A stretch of DNA of 64,000 nt, taken from positions 13,232 through 77,231 of the forward strand of contig CACIWK010000003.1 of NCBI GenBank assembly GCA_902590345.1, given 5' to 3'. The translations under genes and the position numbers were made by a program. This document shows, piece by piece, positions 53,007 to 63,964 of this stretch. Numbering within the stretch: the stretch's first letter is position 1; each line of letters opens with the position of its first letter. The notes beneath the pieces were generated by a model, which worked only from the letters and a program-made list of their open reading frames with translations, had not been told where the DNA came from and made no database searches. This stretch comes from an uncultured Pelagibacteraceae bacterium (lineage in GTDB: Bacteria > Pseudomonadota > Alphaproteobacteria > Pelagibacterales > AG-422-B15).

Positions 53007-54619
53007 TGTCTGATGCTATTTATAGCCCTGATGTTGTAATAGTGGGTGGAGGTGTGGCCGGTTTAACTGTTGCACTCAACTTAGCGCCAAGAAGAGTCTG
53101 TGTAATTACTAAAAGTTCACTTGGAATAAATACTTCAAGCAGTTGGGCTCAAGGAGGTATTGCCGCGGCAGTTTCAAAAGATGACAGCAATGAAAGTCAT
53201 ATTAATGATACTTTGACTACAGCAAAAGGATTGGCGAATATTGATGCGATTAAAGAAGTTGTAAATAATGCAAAGGGAATCATTGATGATTTAGAGGGAT
53301 ACGGAGTTAATTTTGATAAAAATGAAGATGGTTCATTCAACTTAGGGCTAGAAGGTGCCCATAGCTTTAATAGAATCATTAGGTCAAAAGGTGATAGTTC
53401 TGGTCTTGAAATTATGCGCGGCTTAATTGAAAAAGTAAAAAAAAGTGATCACATTACAGTTTTAGAAAATGTTTCGATTGATCGGATTATGACAGACAAC
53501 AATACTATTTACGGAGTAATTGGAAGATTTACTGATAATAATGTTCCTGACAGTAATGTAATTATTCAAAGTTCTCATGTAGTTTTAGCGACAGGTGGTT
53601 TAGGAGGTATTTTTGCAAATACAACCAACCCACGAAGTTCATATGGAGAGGGCGTTGCATTGGCATCACATGCTGGTGCAACACTTACTGACATGGAGTT
53701 TGTACAATTTCACCCCACGGGTCTTGATTTTGGCTTAGACCCTACTCCTTTGGCTACTGAGGCGATTAGAGGTGAAGGGGCTTACCTTGTAAATCAAGAT
53801 AAAGAAAGGTTTATGTTTGGTATTCATCCTGATAATGAGTTGGCACCACGAGATCTTATTGCTCAAAATATATTCACACAAATTGAAAAAGGAAATTCAG
53901 TTTTTTTAGATTGTAGGCATATGGGTAGTAATTTTAATACTCGTTTTCCTCAAGTTTCATCCTATTGTGAAAATGCAGACTTAGATCCTGAAAGAGACCT
54001 GCTGCCAATAATTCCTGTCGCTCATTATCATATCGGTGGAGTAAAAACTGATCTGAAAGGACAGACTTCTGTTGAAGGACTCTGGTGCTGCGGAGAGGTT
54101 GCTGCAACTGGTATTCATGGAGCAAACCGCCTTGCATCAAATTCACTATTAGAATCTCTTGTATTTGCTAAGATTGTTGCAAATGAAATAAATAAAAAGA
54201 ACATAAAAAAGGATATTCATATTAGCTCTAAATTTATTAAAATTTTTAAAGAGAAAACTAAAAATAAAATAAGAGCGAAAAAATATATATGGCAATTAAG
54301 GTCTTCAATGATGAGAAATTTAGGAATTGTTAGAAATAAAGATTCTATTATTAGAGGTCTCAATGATGTGCTAAAAATTGAAAGAGAGTCAAAAGGTCTA
54401 TCAGCTAAACTTAATGATATGATTTTGGTTAGCAAATTTATTATTATAGGCGCTTATTTAAGAAGAGAAAGTCGAGGTTGTCATTTAAGATCTGATTACC
54501 AAGATACTGATAAAGATTTTATTAAGCATTTTGATATTAAATATTCAGAAATAGATGGTTATATCAAAACTATCTTGTACTCTACTATATCAATAGTTGA
54601 TGAAAAACTTGTTAGCTAA
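53006..54619 (+). CDS. nadB: L-aspartate oxidase
   Basis: FAD fold VVIVGGGVAGLT, HPTG and RGEG motifs, succinate-dehydrogenase-like flavoprotein architecture. 537 aa. Confidence 0.93.
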   Translation: MSDAIYSPDVVIVGGGVAGLTVALNLAPRRVCVITKSSLGINTSSSWAQGGIAAAVSKDDSNESHINDTLTTAKGLANIDAIKEVVNNAKGIIDDLEGYGVNFDKNEDGSFNLGLEGAHSFNRIIRSKGDSSGLEIMRGLIEKVKKSDHITVLENVSIDRIMTDNNTIYGVIGRFTDNNVPDSNVIIQSSHVVLATGGLGGIFANTTNPRSSYGEGVALASHAGATLTDMEFVQFHPTGLDFGLDPTPLATEAIRGEGAYLVNQDKERFMFGIHPDNELAPRDLIAQNIFTQIEKGNSVFLDCRHMGSNFNTRFPQVSSYCENADLDPERDLLPIIPVAHYHIGGVKTDLKGQTSVEGLWCCGEVAATGIHGANRLASNSLLESLVFAKIVANEINKKNIKKDIHISSKFIKIFKEKTKNKIRAKKYIWQLRSSMMRNLGIVRNKDSIIRGLNDVLKIERESKGLSAKLNDMILVSKFIIIGAYLRRESRGCHLRSDYQDTDKDFIKHFDIKYSEIDGYIKTILYSTISIVDEKLVS

Positions 54620-55439
54620 AAAAGATATTAAGGAAAAAATCAAAATTGCTTTGAAAGAAGATTTTGGTAGACATGGTGATATAACCTCAAAAATTTTAAT
54701 TTCCAAAAAAACAAAGCTTAAAGCATCTATAGTCGCAAAAGAAAATGCGATTGTCTGTGGAACTGAGTTTGCTATTCAAACATTTAAAGCACTCAATAGT
54801 AAAATTAAAATAAAAGTTCTAAAAAAAGATGGCAGTAAAGTTTTTAAAGGAAATAAAATTATTGACATTTATGGTGATGCACAAAGTATATTAATTGCAG
54901 AGAGAACAGCTCTAAACTTTTTAGGGTTCATGTCTGGTATTGCAACAAAAACAAGGAAATTTGTAGATATTGCAGCACCTTATGGAGTAAAAATATATTC
55001 GACAAGAAAAACAATTGCTGGGATGAGACAGATACAAAAATATGCTCTTACAATTGGTGGTGCGCATGTAAACAGGGCCTCTTTATCAGATTTTTATTTT
55101 ATAAAAGATAACCATCTTAGAAACAAAGAAGGATTGGTTGAAAATATAAAAAAAATTAAAAAATCAAAATTAAAAAGGAAAATTACAGTAGAAATTGACA
55201 CAATTAAACAACTGAAAAAAATTTTAAATCAGGAAATAGATATTGTACTTCTTGATAATATGACTGAGAAACAAATTTCTCAGTGCTTAAAAATTGTTAA
55301 AAAAAGGTTTCTTTGCGAGGCATCCGGAAATATTAACTTAAAAAATATTAAGTCTTATGCGAAAACAAAAATTGATAGAATTTCAATCGGACAACTTACC
55401 CATAGTATTGAAAACGTTGATTTTGGACTTGAAATTTAA
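54597..55439 (+). CDS. nadC: nicotinate-nucleotide pyrophosphorylase (carboxylating)
   Basis: 280 aa. LKEDFG..GDITS N-terminus, ERTALNFL and TRKT motifs. Confidence 0.92.
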   Translation: MMKNLLAKKDIKEKIKIALKEDFGRHGDITSKILISKKTKLKASIVAKENAIVCGTEFAIQTFKALNSKIKIKVLKKDGSKVFKGNKIIDIYGDAQSILIAERTALNFLGFMSGIATKTRKFVDIAAPYGVKIYSTRKTIAGMRQIQKYALTIGGAHVNRASLSDFYFIKDNHLRNKEGLVENIKKIKKSKLKRKITVEIDTIKQLKKILNQEIDIVLLDNMTEKQISQCLKIVKKRFLCEASGNINLKNIKSYAKTKIDRISIGQLTHSIENVDFGLEI

Positions 55440-55901
55440 ATGTACAGTCGTCCAATAGTTAAAAACAGCTTTAAAGTTCCTACAGAATTGGTAACTGAAA
55501 ATTTTATCTTAAGACCACTAACAATAAAGTATGTCGATAAAGACTATGAGGCAGTGATGAAAAGTGTAGATCATCTATATAAACTAATGGACGATAGTGA
55601 ATGGCCAAAAGAAATGACATTAAATGAAAATCTTGCTGATCTGGGATGGCATGAAGTGGAATTTTCTCTTAGACATTCTTTCGCTTATACAGTTCTATCA
55701 AAAAAAGAAGAGAATGATGTAATCGGTTGTTGCTATATTTATCCCTCCGATAACCCTGAGTATGAGGTACAAGCATACTATTGGATAAGACAAGATTTAC
55801 TTGATAGCGGCTTAGAGGATGAATTAGGGAAAACATTTAAGGAATGGTTAGAAAAATCTTGGCCATTTGGCAAAATAGAATTTCCGAGAAGAGATATATA
55901 G
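55440..55901 (+). CDS. GNAT-like (Acetyltransf_3-like) hypothetical protein
   Basis: 153 aa. Starts on the nucleotide after the nadC stop. FILRPLT...D..A and IGCCYIYP segments suggest a GNAT fold. Function unknown. Confidence 0.4.
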   Translation: MYSRPIVKNSFKVPTELVTENFILRPLTIKYVDKDYEAVMKSVDHLYKLMDDSEWPKEMTLNENLADLGWHEVEFSLRHSFAYTVLSKKEENDVIGCCYIYPSDNPEYEVQAYYWIRQDLLDSGLEDELGKTFKEWLEKSWPFGKIEFPRRDI

Positions 55902-57260
55902 TTAATTAAAAACTTTTTTATATTCAAGGTTTAAGTCTTGAGATGAAACTCTTTTTTGTGACATAGTATCTCTATCTCTTATAGTAACTGTATCATTTTC
56001 GATTGTTTCAAAATCTACTGTTATACAAATAGGTGTACCAATCTCATCATGACGTCTATAACCTTTTCCAATATTACCAGAGTTTTCTAAAATGACCCTA
56101 CCCATACCTAGTGCTTGAAGATCATTCTTAATCTTGCTTGCTTTATTGACTAGATCCTCATTATTTCTTTTTAGAGGAATTACGGCCGCTTTAATTGGAG
56201 ACAAATGAGGTTTCAAACTTAATACAATTCTTTTATTTCCGTTTTCTAAATCCTCCTCCTTGTAAGCTTCATTAAGTAACGCAAATACACCTCGATCAAC
56301 ACCAGCTGAGGGTTCTATAACATACGGGATGTACCATTCTTTACTTTCTAAATTTTGAATACTCAATTTCGTTGTTGATTGCTTATTTTTCATTACATCT
56401 GCGGATATTTTAAAGTCATTTTGATTTTTAGTGTGAGAGCCAAGATCAAAATCAGTTCTGTTTGCTATACCTTCTAACTCTTCAAGTCCATGTGGAAATT
56501 CGTACATAAGATCTACAGTGGCTTTTGAATAGTGAGATAGGTCAGCATCTTCAACATCTAGCTTTTTTAATCTTTTTTCAGATATGCCTTGATCAATCCA
56601 CCATGAATACCTCTTGTCTACCCAATATTTATGCCACTCATCATCTTTACCTGGCTCAACAAAAAATTCTAATTCCATTTGTTCAAACTCTCTAACTCTG
56701 AATATAAATTTGCCTGGAGTGACTTCATTTCTAAATGCTTTACCTATCTGCGCGATTCCAAAAGGAATAGTCTTACTAGTTGAGTCCAATATATTTTTAA
56801 AATTTGTGAAAATTTGCTGTGCGGTTTCAGGTCTTAGGTAAGCATAATTACTGCCATCATCTACAGGACCAACTGTGGTTTTAAACATAAGATTAAATGG
56901 TCGAGGTTCAGTTAGATCGCTAGACCCACATGCTGGACATTTTCCATCCATGGCCTGGTCAGATCTAAATCTATTTTTGCAATTTCTACAGTCGACTAAA
57001 GGATCAGAGAAAGTATCTTCATGGCCTGAATATTTTAATACGTGTCTACTTGTTAAAATAGATGCATCAAGTCCTTCAACGTCATCTCGATCATAGATCA
57101 TTGATTTCCACCACGAGGATTTAAGGTTATTTTTTAATTCTACTCCGAGTGGACCATAATCATATATTCCTTGCAAGCCACCATAAATTTCACTTGATTG
57201 AAAAATAAACCCCCGTCTTTTACATAATGAAACGAGGTCTTCCATGTTTTTAGAGGCCAT
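55902..57260 (-). CDS. glyQS: glycyl-tRNA synthetase, homodimeric alpha2 (GlyQS) type
   Basis: 452 aa. N-terminal [34 protein letters not shown], class II motifs, C-terminal anticodon-binding domain, CxxC...CxxC insertion (CRNCKNRF...CPACG). Confidence 0.9.
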   Translation of the reverse strand: MASKNMEDLVSLCKRRGFIFQSSEIYGGLQGIYDYGPLGVELKNNLKSSWWKSMIYDRDDVEGLDASILTSRHVLKYSGHEDTFSDPLVDCRNCKNRFRSDQAMDGKCPACGSSDLTEPRPFNLMFKTTVGPVDDGSNYAYLRPETAQQIFTNFKNILDSTSKTIPFGIAQIGKAFRNEVTPGKFIFRVREFEQMELEFFVEPGKDDEWHKYWVDKRYSWWIDQGISEKRLKKLDVEDADLSHYSKATVDLMYEFPHGLEELEGIANRTDFDLGSHTKNQNDFKISADVMKNKQSTTKLSIQNLESKEWYIPYVIEPSAGVDRGVFALLNEAYKEEDLENGNKRIVLSLKPHLSPIKAAVIPLKRNNEDLVNKASKIKNDLQALGMGRVILENSGNIGKGYRRHDEIGTPICITVDFETIENDTVTIRDRDTMSQKRVSSQDLNLEYKKVFN

Positions 57261-58056
57261 ATCGACTCCAGAAAGAATTTTCCCTTAGAGCTTCTGTAAG
57301 CCGGTCAACAATATCGTTATTTGAAATCTGATTATTTAAAATATTTTTAATGAACGATTTTTTTTCTTCTATGTTCCTAATCTTTAATTTTTTTCCATAA
57401 TGTTTTTCAATGTATGAGTTTAGTTCTTCATTCGAGTCTACTAAACCAAGTTTTTTTGCTTGTTCGCCTGTCCAAAACTCCCCATTAAAAACTTTTTTTG
57501 GGTCTATTTTCTTTTTTCTATTTTTAGAGACTAAATCTTTGAAATTTTCAAATATGCTATCCTGAACTTTGATCAGCTTATCTATGTCTTTTTTAGAAAC
57601 TTCTTCAAATGGATCTAGAAACGATTTTCTATCTCCTTTTGTAAAAACTCGCCTTTTAATGCCTAGTTTATCTATTAATTTTTTGAATCCAAAAGAGGCA
57701 CTGATTACTCCTATTGATCCGACTATTGAGCTTTTATTGGCGATTAAAATATCTCCTGCACACATCAGCATATAACCTCCTGAGGCAGCAACATCCTCCG
57801 CGATTGTAATCACTTTCACATTGTTTTTCTTCGATAAATTTCTTATACGGTTGTGTATAAGCTCGGATTGAACCGGTGAACCACCTGGAGAGTTGATCTT
57901 AATGACTACTACAGATGGCTTTTTAAAGCTAAAAGCTTTATCTAGAATAGAGGCACAATTCTCAAGTGTAAGTCCCTTTTGAAATCTACCGAGATCCCCA
58001 ATAACACCTCGCAAGCCAACTATATTTATTCTTGTTTTAGAGGATATAAAGCTCAT
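57250..58056 (-). CDS. sppA: signal peptide peptidase SppA (S49 family, 36K type)
   Basis: INSPGGS and AASGGYM motifs of S49 peptidases. 268 aa. Confidence 0.82.
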   Translation of the reverse strand: MSFISSKTRINIVGLRGVIGDLGRFQKGLTLENCASILDKAFSFKKPSVVVIKINSPGGSPVQSELIHNRIRNLSKKNNVKVITIAEDVAASGGYMLMCAGDILIANKSSIVGSIGVISASFGFKKLIDKLGIKRRVFTKGDRKSFLDPFEEVSKKDIDKLIKVQDSIFENFKDLVSKNRKKKIDPKKVFNGEFWTGEQAKKLGLVDSNEELNSYIEKHYGKKLKIRNIEEKKSFIKNILNNQISNNDIVDRLTEALRENSFWSRYGL

Positions 58057-58148
58057 TTTTCTAATTTTTGCCTGAAATCAATAACTTTTAATTATATGAG
58101 ACTATATTATAAGTACATCTAAATATAAAACAAAATCATAATTAATAA

Positions 58149-59129
58149 GTGAATACCCCAGTAAAATCATTATCGAATTTACTTAAAAGCTCTCTGAAGA
58201 GAGTTGAAAGAGAAATCAGTAAAAACATAAAAGATGAAGAAAAATTAATTACATTAACAGCAGGCCACCTCATTAAAGCTAAGGGAAAAAAAATAAGGCC
58301 CGTTCTTACTTTACTTGTATCAAAAATGCTAAATTACAAAGGTAACGCAGATGTAACACTTGCTGTCTGCATTGAGTTTATTCATAACGCCACTTTGTTG
58401 CATGATGATGTAATTGATACAGGTAAGATCAGAAGAGGGAAATTAAGCGCAAATCAAATATGGGGAAATAAAGTAAGTGTTTTAGTTGGAGATTACCTAT
58501 TAAGTAGAGCTTTTAAGCTAATGGTAAAAAATAAATCACTTAAATTACTAAAGATATTATCCCAAACATCACTTATTTTAGCGAGAGGACAAATACAAGA
58601 CGTAGGCAATAATCAAAATGTTAACTTAACAGAAAAGAAGTATTTATCTATCATAGATGCTAAAACTGCTGAGCTTTTTAGGATATCTTGTTTCTTACCA
58701 ACCATTATTACTGACCAAGATAAAAGAACTCAAAAAATATTTAATGATTTTGGCTTTAATTTTGGCATGGCTTTTCAATTATCTGATGACGTATTAGATT
58801 ATTTTGGTGACTCGAGCAAAATGGGTAAAAGTGTTGGAAAAGATTTTTTTGAGGGTAAAGTAACATATCCAGTAATTCATTGTTTCAAAAAATCTGATAA
58901 AAAGTCAAAAAAAATTATAGCCAAGCTATTTTTTAAGAGAAAAAGAAGTAAAAAAGATCTGATACTAATTCTGGATCTGATGAAGAAAACAAATACTTAT
59001 AAGAGTTCAATCGAATTTGTAAGAAAATACGCAGAAAAAGCCAAAACTAATATTAATAAATTTGAAGGAAATAAATATAAAGTGTATCTTGATGAATTAG
59101 TTGATCATTTAATAATAAGAGACAAATAA
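58149..59129 (+). CDS. ispB: long-chain polyprenyl (octaprenyl-type) diphosphate synthase
   Basis: GTG start. GKKIRP, first Asp-rich motif LLHDDVID, second SDDVLD. 326 aa. Confidence 0.88.
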   Translation: MNTPVKSLSNLLKSSLKRVEREISKNIKDEEKLITLTAGHLIKAKGKKIRPVLTLLVSKMLNYKGNADVTLAVCIEFIHNATLLHDDVIDTGKIRRGKLSANQIWGNKVSVLVGDYLLSRAFKLMVKNKSLKLLKILSQTSLILARGQIQDVGNNQNVNLTEKKYLSIIDAKTAELFRISCFLPTIITDQDKRTQKIFNDFGFNFGMAFQLSDDVLDYFGDSSKMGKSVGKDFFEGKVTYPVIHCFKKSDKKSKKIIAKLFFKRKRSKKDLILILDLMKKTNTYKSSIEFVRKYAEKAKTNINKFEGNKYKVYLDELVDHLIIRDK

Positions 59130-59131
59130 AT

Positions 59132-60217
59132 ATGTCATTTAACACTTTTGGAAAAAATTTTCGATTTACAACATGGGGGGAGTCTCACGGGGAAGCCATT
59201 GGATGTGTAATTGACGGCTGTCCTCCTCTAATATCGCTTAAGGAAAAAGATATTCAAAAATATTTGGATATGAGAAAGCCAGGAAAAAATCGATTTGTTA
59301 CTCAAAGAAAAGAAGGTGATAAAGTTTCAATTTTATCTGGTGTCTTTGAGGGAAAAACTACTGGAACTCCGATAATGTTATTAATTTGGAACAAAGATCA
59401 GAAATCAAAAGACTACAGCGATATAAAAAATAAATTTAGACCTGGCCATGCTGATTTAACATATTTTTTGAAATATGGAGTAAGAGATTATAAAGGTGGA
59501 GGTCGTTCTTCCGCAAGAGAAACTGCTAGTAGAGTAGCTGCTGGCGCTGTTGCAAGAAAAGTGATTGGCCATATTTTAAAAAAAGATATTTTAATTCAAG
59601 GTGCAGTTACTCAAGTTGGTAAGCTTGCCGTCAATCAAAGAAATTTTAATTGGAATGATGTAAAGAAAAATTCATTTTTCTGTCCTGATAAAAAAATAGT
59701 TAAAGTTTGGGAAGAGTACCTAGATGAAACTAGAAAAAAAGGGTCATCATTGGGTGCAAAATTATTAATAAATGCAAGAAATGTTCCTGCCGGACTTGGA
59801 GAACCTGTATATGGTAAATTAGATGCTGACCTTGCAGGTGCAATGATGAGCATTAACGCCGTTAAAGGTGTTGAAATAGGAGCTGGTAATGAGGCTGTTG
59901 AATTATCAGGAGATGAGAACTCCGATGAAATAAGAGCTAATAAAAATAAAAAAATTATCTTTTCTTCTAATAACTCTGGCGGAATTTTAGGTGGTATATC
60001 AAGTGGCCAGGATTTAAATTTATCAATAACGATCAAGCCAACGTCATCAATTTTGAAGACAAAAAAAACAATCAATAATAAATTTCAAAATACATCGATT
60101 TCAACAAAAGGTCGTCATGATCCATGTGTAGGTTTGAGAGCTGTCCCTATTGCAGAGGCTATGATGGCGTGTGTTCTAGCAGATCATATATTGCGTAATA
60201 GAGCGCAGTGTGGCTAA
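59132..60217 (+). CDS. aroC: chorismate synthase
   Basis: N-terminal [25 protein letters not shown] and C-terminal GRHDPCVG motifs. Confidence 0.95.
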   Translation: MSFNTFGKNFRFTTWGESHGEAIGCVIDGCPPLISLKEKDIQKYLDMRKPGKNRFVTQRKEGDKVSILSGVFEGKTTGTPIMLLIWNKDQKSKDYSDIKNKFRPGHADLTYFLKYGVRDYKGGGRSSARETASRVAAGAVARKVIGHILKKDILIQGAVTQVGKLAVNQRNFNWNDVKKNSFFCPDKKIVKVWEEYLDETRKKGSSLGAKLLINARNVPAGLGEPVYGKLDADLAGAMMSINAVKGVEIGAGNEAVELSGDENSDEIRANKNKKIIFSSNNSGGILGGISSGQDLNLSITIKPTSSILKTKKTINNKFQNTSISTKGRHDPCVGLRAVPIAEAMMACVLADHILRNRAQCG

Positions 60218-61032
60218 ACTTTTAGATCAACTAAAAAATCAATAAGCAAGAAAGTCTTTTTTTTCTTTAATTTAATTTTATTCAAGTTCTTAATAGTCTT
60301 TTCAGCTAGTTTTTCTCTGTATTTTAGTAAAATCTCATTATTTACCTTTGACATTTTTGGAAAATCGGCAAAATCATCATTGATTTGAAAAATTTCTCCT
60401 ATGTATTCTCCAATTTTTTGCATACGAACTTCGACATTCTTATTTTTATTTGCACATATTGCAACTGCTTGACAGCAAAAAGACATTAATCTTGCAGTTT
60501 TTAATTTGTTTAATTTTAATCTCCTTCTTAAAGTAGGTGACTTGAAACTCAAATCATAATACTGCCCTAAAAGAAGCCCTTTTTCACCTGAAACTTTGCT
60601 CAGGACTTCAATCAGCTTTGTCTTTTTCTTATCAGATATTTTAAAAGAACTACTAGATAAAATTTGATATGATTTAGTCAATAAAGCACATCCAGCAAGA
60701 ATTGCAGTATATTCATTGAATTTATAGTGTGTTGTTTTTTTTCCTCTTCTAAATTTATCGTTATCCATAGAAGGTAAATCATCATGTACAAGGGAGTAAT
60801 TATGCAACATTTCAATTGCTGAAGCTAAATTAAAAATGACACTATTTGATAAATTTAACTCTTTGCCAAAAATATATACTAGATATGGTCTAAATCTTTT
60901 ACCTCCTGTATTAATTGAATATAGGATAGCTTGATTTAGTAGATTTTTATCTTTACTTAATTTTTTTTTTAAAAATTTATTAAATTTAATAGTAAATTTT
61001 TTCAAATCGTTATTTATGATTTGATGTTTCAT
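60214..61032 (-). CDS. ispA: short-chain (farnesyl/geranylgeranyl) diphosphate synthase
   Basis: GGKRFRP, first Asp-rich motif [16 protein letters not shown], second-motif region INDDFAD. Downstream of xseB, as in many proteobacteria. Confidence 0.85.
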   Translation of the reverse strand: MKHQIINNDLKKFTIKFNKFLKKKLSKDKNLLNQAILYSINTGGKRFRPYLVYIFGKELNLSNSVIFNLASAIEMLHNYSLVHDDLPSMDNDKFRRGKKTTHYKFNEYTAILAGCALLTKSYQILSSSSFKISDKKKTKLIEVLSKVSGEKGLLLGQYYDLSFKSPTLRRRLKLNKLKTARLMSFCCQAVAICANKNKNVEVRMQKIGEYIGEIFQINDDFADFPKMSKVNNEILLKYREKLAEKTIKNLNKIKLKKKKTFLLIDFLVDLKV

Positions 61033-61266
61033 TTACTTTTTTTTAGATATTTTACCATCTGGCAGCACTTTAATTTCCTCAAGTTTTAAAACTGCATCGT
61101 CTAATTTTTGTTGACAATGGGCTCTTAATTGCGATCCACGCGTATAATATTCAATAGACTTTTCAAGATCAATGTTTCCACTCTCCAAATTTTCTACAAT
61201 TTCAGATAATTCTTTCATAGCTTTTTCAAAAGAAAGTTTTTTTATGTCATCAGGTATTTTAGTCAT
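61033..61266 (-). CDS. xseB: exodeoxyribonuclease VII small subunit
   Basis: 77-aa helical protein. FEKAMKELSEIVENLESGNIDLEKSIEYYTRG is the XseB signature. Confidence 0.9.
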   Translation of the reverse strand: MTKIPDDIKKLSFEKAMKELSEIVENLESGNIDLEKSIEYYTRGSQLRAHCQQKLDDAVLKLEEIKVLPDGKISKKK

Positions 61267-62194
61267 TATTTTGCAACTCTCTTATGTGAGTGATCATCGA
61301 ACTTTCTAGTGCTTGTATATCATATCCACCTTCAAGCATAGAAATAATTCGATTATCACAATATTTATCTGCAATACTCATCAACTTTTGCGTTATCAAT
61401 TTAAAATCATTTTCTAAAAGGTCTAGCGATGCTAATGGATCTTTTTTGTGAGCATCAAAACCCGCTGATATAATCAAAAAATCTGGTTTTTGATCATGTA
61501 GTTTTTTTACAATAATATCATCGAACGCTGATTGATATTGGGATGAATTTGTTCCTGCATGAAGAGGCACATTAACAATATTACCTACTCCTGTTTCATT
61601 CGTATCTCCTGTTCCAGGATACAATGGATATTGATGGGTTGAATAGTAATGAACTTTAGAATTTTCATAGAATATATCTTGCGTTCCATTCCCATGATGA
61701 ACATCAAAATCAATTATAGCAATATTTTCTAAACCGTAACTATTAATCAAGTACTTTGCAGATATAGCTACATTATTAAATACACAAAAACCCATTGAAC
61801 GGTCATAACATGCATGATGGCCTGGCGGTCTTACAATACAGAATGCATTCATACATTTTTTGTTCATAACGTTATCTGCCGCATCTATACCTGCGCCAGC
61901 AGCTTTTAATGTTGCTTCAAAGGAACCGCGAGATACTGGTGTTTCTTGATCTAGAAAAACTATCTGTTCATCTTTAGGAAAACGATCAAGTGTTTCATCT
62001 ACAAAGCTTTTATCGTGCGCTTCATAAATATGAGAGTAATCTACTTTATTTGGTTCTATTATTGATATATTTTTAAATTCTTCATTATTTATTAAATCGA
62101 TGATATTTTTTACTCGATCCGTTCTCTCTGGATAATCGAGAGTAGATACATGATCTTTGAAACTATCATCGAAATATATTTGTGTTTGAGTCAT
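61259..62194 (-). CDS. histone deacetylase-family (acetylpolyamine/acetoin-utilisation type) deacetylase
   Basis: RPPGHHA, DFDVHHGNGTQ and EGGY motifs. 311 aa. Overlaps xseB by 8 nt. Confidence 0.88.
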   Translation of the reverse strand: MTQTQIYFDDSFKDHVSTLDYPERTDRVKNIIDLINNEEFKNISIIEPNKVDYSHIYEAHDKSFVDETLDRFPKDEQIVFLDQETPVSRGSFEATLKAAGAGIDAADNVMNKKCMNAFCIVRPPGHHACYDRSMGFCVFNNVAISAKYLINSYGLENIAIIDFDVHHGNGTQDIFYENSKVHYYSTHQYPLYPGTGDTNETGVGNIVNVPLHAGTNSSQYQSAFDDIIVKKLHDQKPDFLIISAGFDAHKKDPLASLDLLENDFKLITQKLMSIADKYCDNRIISMLEGGYDIQALESSMITHIRELQNND

Positions 62195-62197
62195 TGA

Positions 62198-62836
62198 ATG
62201 AAATCTAAAATAATAAATTTAAATTCAAATAATATTAAAATTATAACTAGAAGTCTACTCATTGGAAAAACTATAGTAATCCCAACAGACACAGTTTATG
62301 GCATTGCGGCCGATGCAATGAGTTTTCAAGGTGTCGAAAATATATTTAAGATTAAAAAAAGACCCAAAAGATTTCCTCTGATTCTGTTTACTCATTCAAT
62401 TGCTGAAGCTAAAAAGCTAGTAATATTCTCACCCTTTGAAGAGTACTTAGCCAAAAAATATTGGCCTGGACCACTAACTTTAGTTTTAAAAAAAAAAGGA
62501 AAAGAGTTTCATAATGGAGATAAAAGATTATCTAAAGTAGGTATACGCATTCCAAAAAATAAAGATGTTATAAAAATTCTCGAGTGCATTCAAAAGCCAC
62601 TTGCAACTACAAGCGCTAATATACATGGAGAAACAAACATAAAATCATTAAACCAATTAGGAATAATAAAATCAAATGACGTCGCTTATGCAATCGAAAA
62701 AAAAGGTGGAATGAGCTTTAATGAGTCAACTTTAGTTGAAACTAAAAATAATCAAATAAACATTATACGTGAGGGTACTTTATCTAAAAAATTAATTTAT
62801 GAAGAATTAAAAAATTTTAACAAGAAACATTGTTAA
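62198..62836 (+). CDS. tsaC: L-threonylcarbamoyladenylate synthase (YrdC/TsaC type)
   Basis: IPTDTVYGIAADA, KKRP..FPL and ATTSAN motifs. 212 aa. Confidence 0.85.
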   Translation: MKSKIINLNSNNIKIITRSLLIGKTIVIPTDTVYGIAADAMSFQGVENIFKIKKRPKRFPLILFTHSIAEAKKLVIFSPFEEYLAKKYWPGPLTLVLKKKGKEFHNGDKRLSKVGIRIPKNKDVIKILECIQKPLATTSANIHGETNIKSLNQLGIIKSNDVAYAIEKKGGMSFNESTLVETKNNQINIIREGTLSKKLIYEELKNFNKKHC

Positions 62837-63432
62837 GCATCTACGAATGCATTAAAAGAAAAACACCGTCTCTCACCATCTCCTCTAAAAGGATGGACAT
62901 CATGCATTAAAAAAGAAGGGAAAATATACAAATCTCCTACCTTGGGCTTAAATGTTTCACGGTGCTTAACAAGCGGAGGGCTATTCCTGGGCATCGAAAC
63001 ACGGCCATCAAAAAATGATATTAAACCTGCTAAATCTTTTTCTTTATTTAATCTTATAGACGAGGGAATTTTTAAATAACCCACACCACTGATGTTGCCT
63101 CTGTGTAAATGGGGTGGATTAAAGTCTCCAGCATACTGACTAACTATCCAAGCTCTTTCAATTTTAATTTTCTTAACTTTTATATTTAATGTTTGCTTAT
63201 AATAATCTTTTATTGAATTAATTATCTGTTTTTCTATTCCAGCTTTTAGAATTTTATTTGGTATTTTAAACTGCTGTTTCATACTTCCTATAAGCCTATG
63301 ATCGTAATCATACTTTTTAGATAAGGACTTATTCTTTGACACTTCATCTGAGAACTTGTTTAAGTTAGTAACTGTTCTCGATGAGAGCTTTGTTTTACCT
63401 ATTGTTGGCCCAAATGGTTTATATGTCTTCAT
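62833..63432 (-). CDS. putative 2OG-Fe(II) oxygenase (TIGR02466-like)
   Basis: HLH...G..Y and C-terminal FPSFLMHDVHPF motifs. I moved the start from 63471 to the Met at 63432, because the longer ORF runs into the tRNA-Arg gene. Confidence 0.6.
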   Translation of the reverse strand: MKTYKPFGPTIGKTKLSSRTVTNLNKFSDEVSKNKSLSKKYDYDHRLIGSMKQQFKIPNKILKAGIEKQIINSIKDYYKQTLNIKVKKIKIERAWIVSQYAGDFNPPHLHRGNISGVGYLKIPSSIRLNKEKDLAGLISFFDGRVSMPRNSPPLVKHRETFKPKVGDLYIFPSFLMHDVHPFRGDGERRCFSFNAFVDA

Positions 63433-63441
63433 AGTTTTTTC

Positions 63442-63518
63442 TGGTGCGCCCGGAAGGATTCGAACCCTCAACCCTCAGATCCGAAGTCTGATGCTCTATC
63501 CAGTTGAGCTACGGACGC
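63442..63518 (-). tRNA. tRNA-Arg (anticodon TCG)
   Basis: 77-nt cloverleaf: acceptor GCGTCCG/CGGGCGC, anticodon stem TCAGA/TCTGA with loop CTTCGGA, T arm GAGGG-TTCGAAT-CCTTC, encoded CCA. Confidence 0.9.
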
Positions 63519-63541
63519 ATCTATACTATATTTCACGTACC

Positions 63542-63964
63542 ATGCTTTTTCTTAAGATACTAGAAAAATTAGGACGAAAAAAAGTTGTGATGGACAGAGG
63601 CCCTTCACACCCAGAATATCATTTAGCGAAACCATGGACAGCTAGGTATTATTTACTATTTAGGAAAAGACCGAAGTGGTTTCCTTTTAATATTCTTATT
63701 CATCATATTTTAGATAATGATCATGGAATTGGACTGCACAACCATCCCTTTCCATATATTACAATTATTTTAAGTGGCGGTTACTGGGAGACAAATACTA
63801 AAGGAGAGAGAAAATGGCGTGGAAAATTTTATATGGGTTTTAGAAGTGCTGACAATTTACACCGAGTCGACTTAGAACCAGGTATTAAACCAATTACAAT
63901 TTATATCGCTGGTCCTTACGGACTTAGAAAAAAAGGAAGAAGTGAATACGGAACTTTAAACTAA
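63542..63964 (+). CDS. conserved hypothetical protein with H-x-H-P motif (possible cupin-like fold)
   Basis: ATG at 63542 is the first start clear of tRNA-Arg. It contains LHNHPFPYITIILSGGYWE. Family not identified by me. Confidence 0.45.
   Translation: MLFLKILEKLGRKKVVMDRGPSHPEYHLAKPWTARYYLLFRKRPKWFPFNILIHHILDNDHGIGLHNHPFPYITIILSGGYWETNTKGERKWRGKFYMGFRSADNLHRVDLEPGIKPITIYIAGPYGLRKKGRSEYGTLN

Noticed and set aside
63356-63541. N-terminal extensions of the ORFs 62833-63471 (minus) and 63356-63964 (plus).
   Set aside because: Both extensions run through the tRNA-Arg gene (63442-63518). Internal Met codons at 63432 and 63542 give non-overlapping genes.
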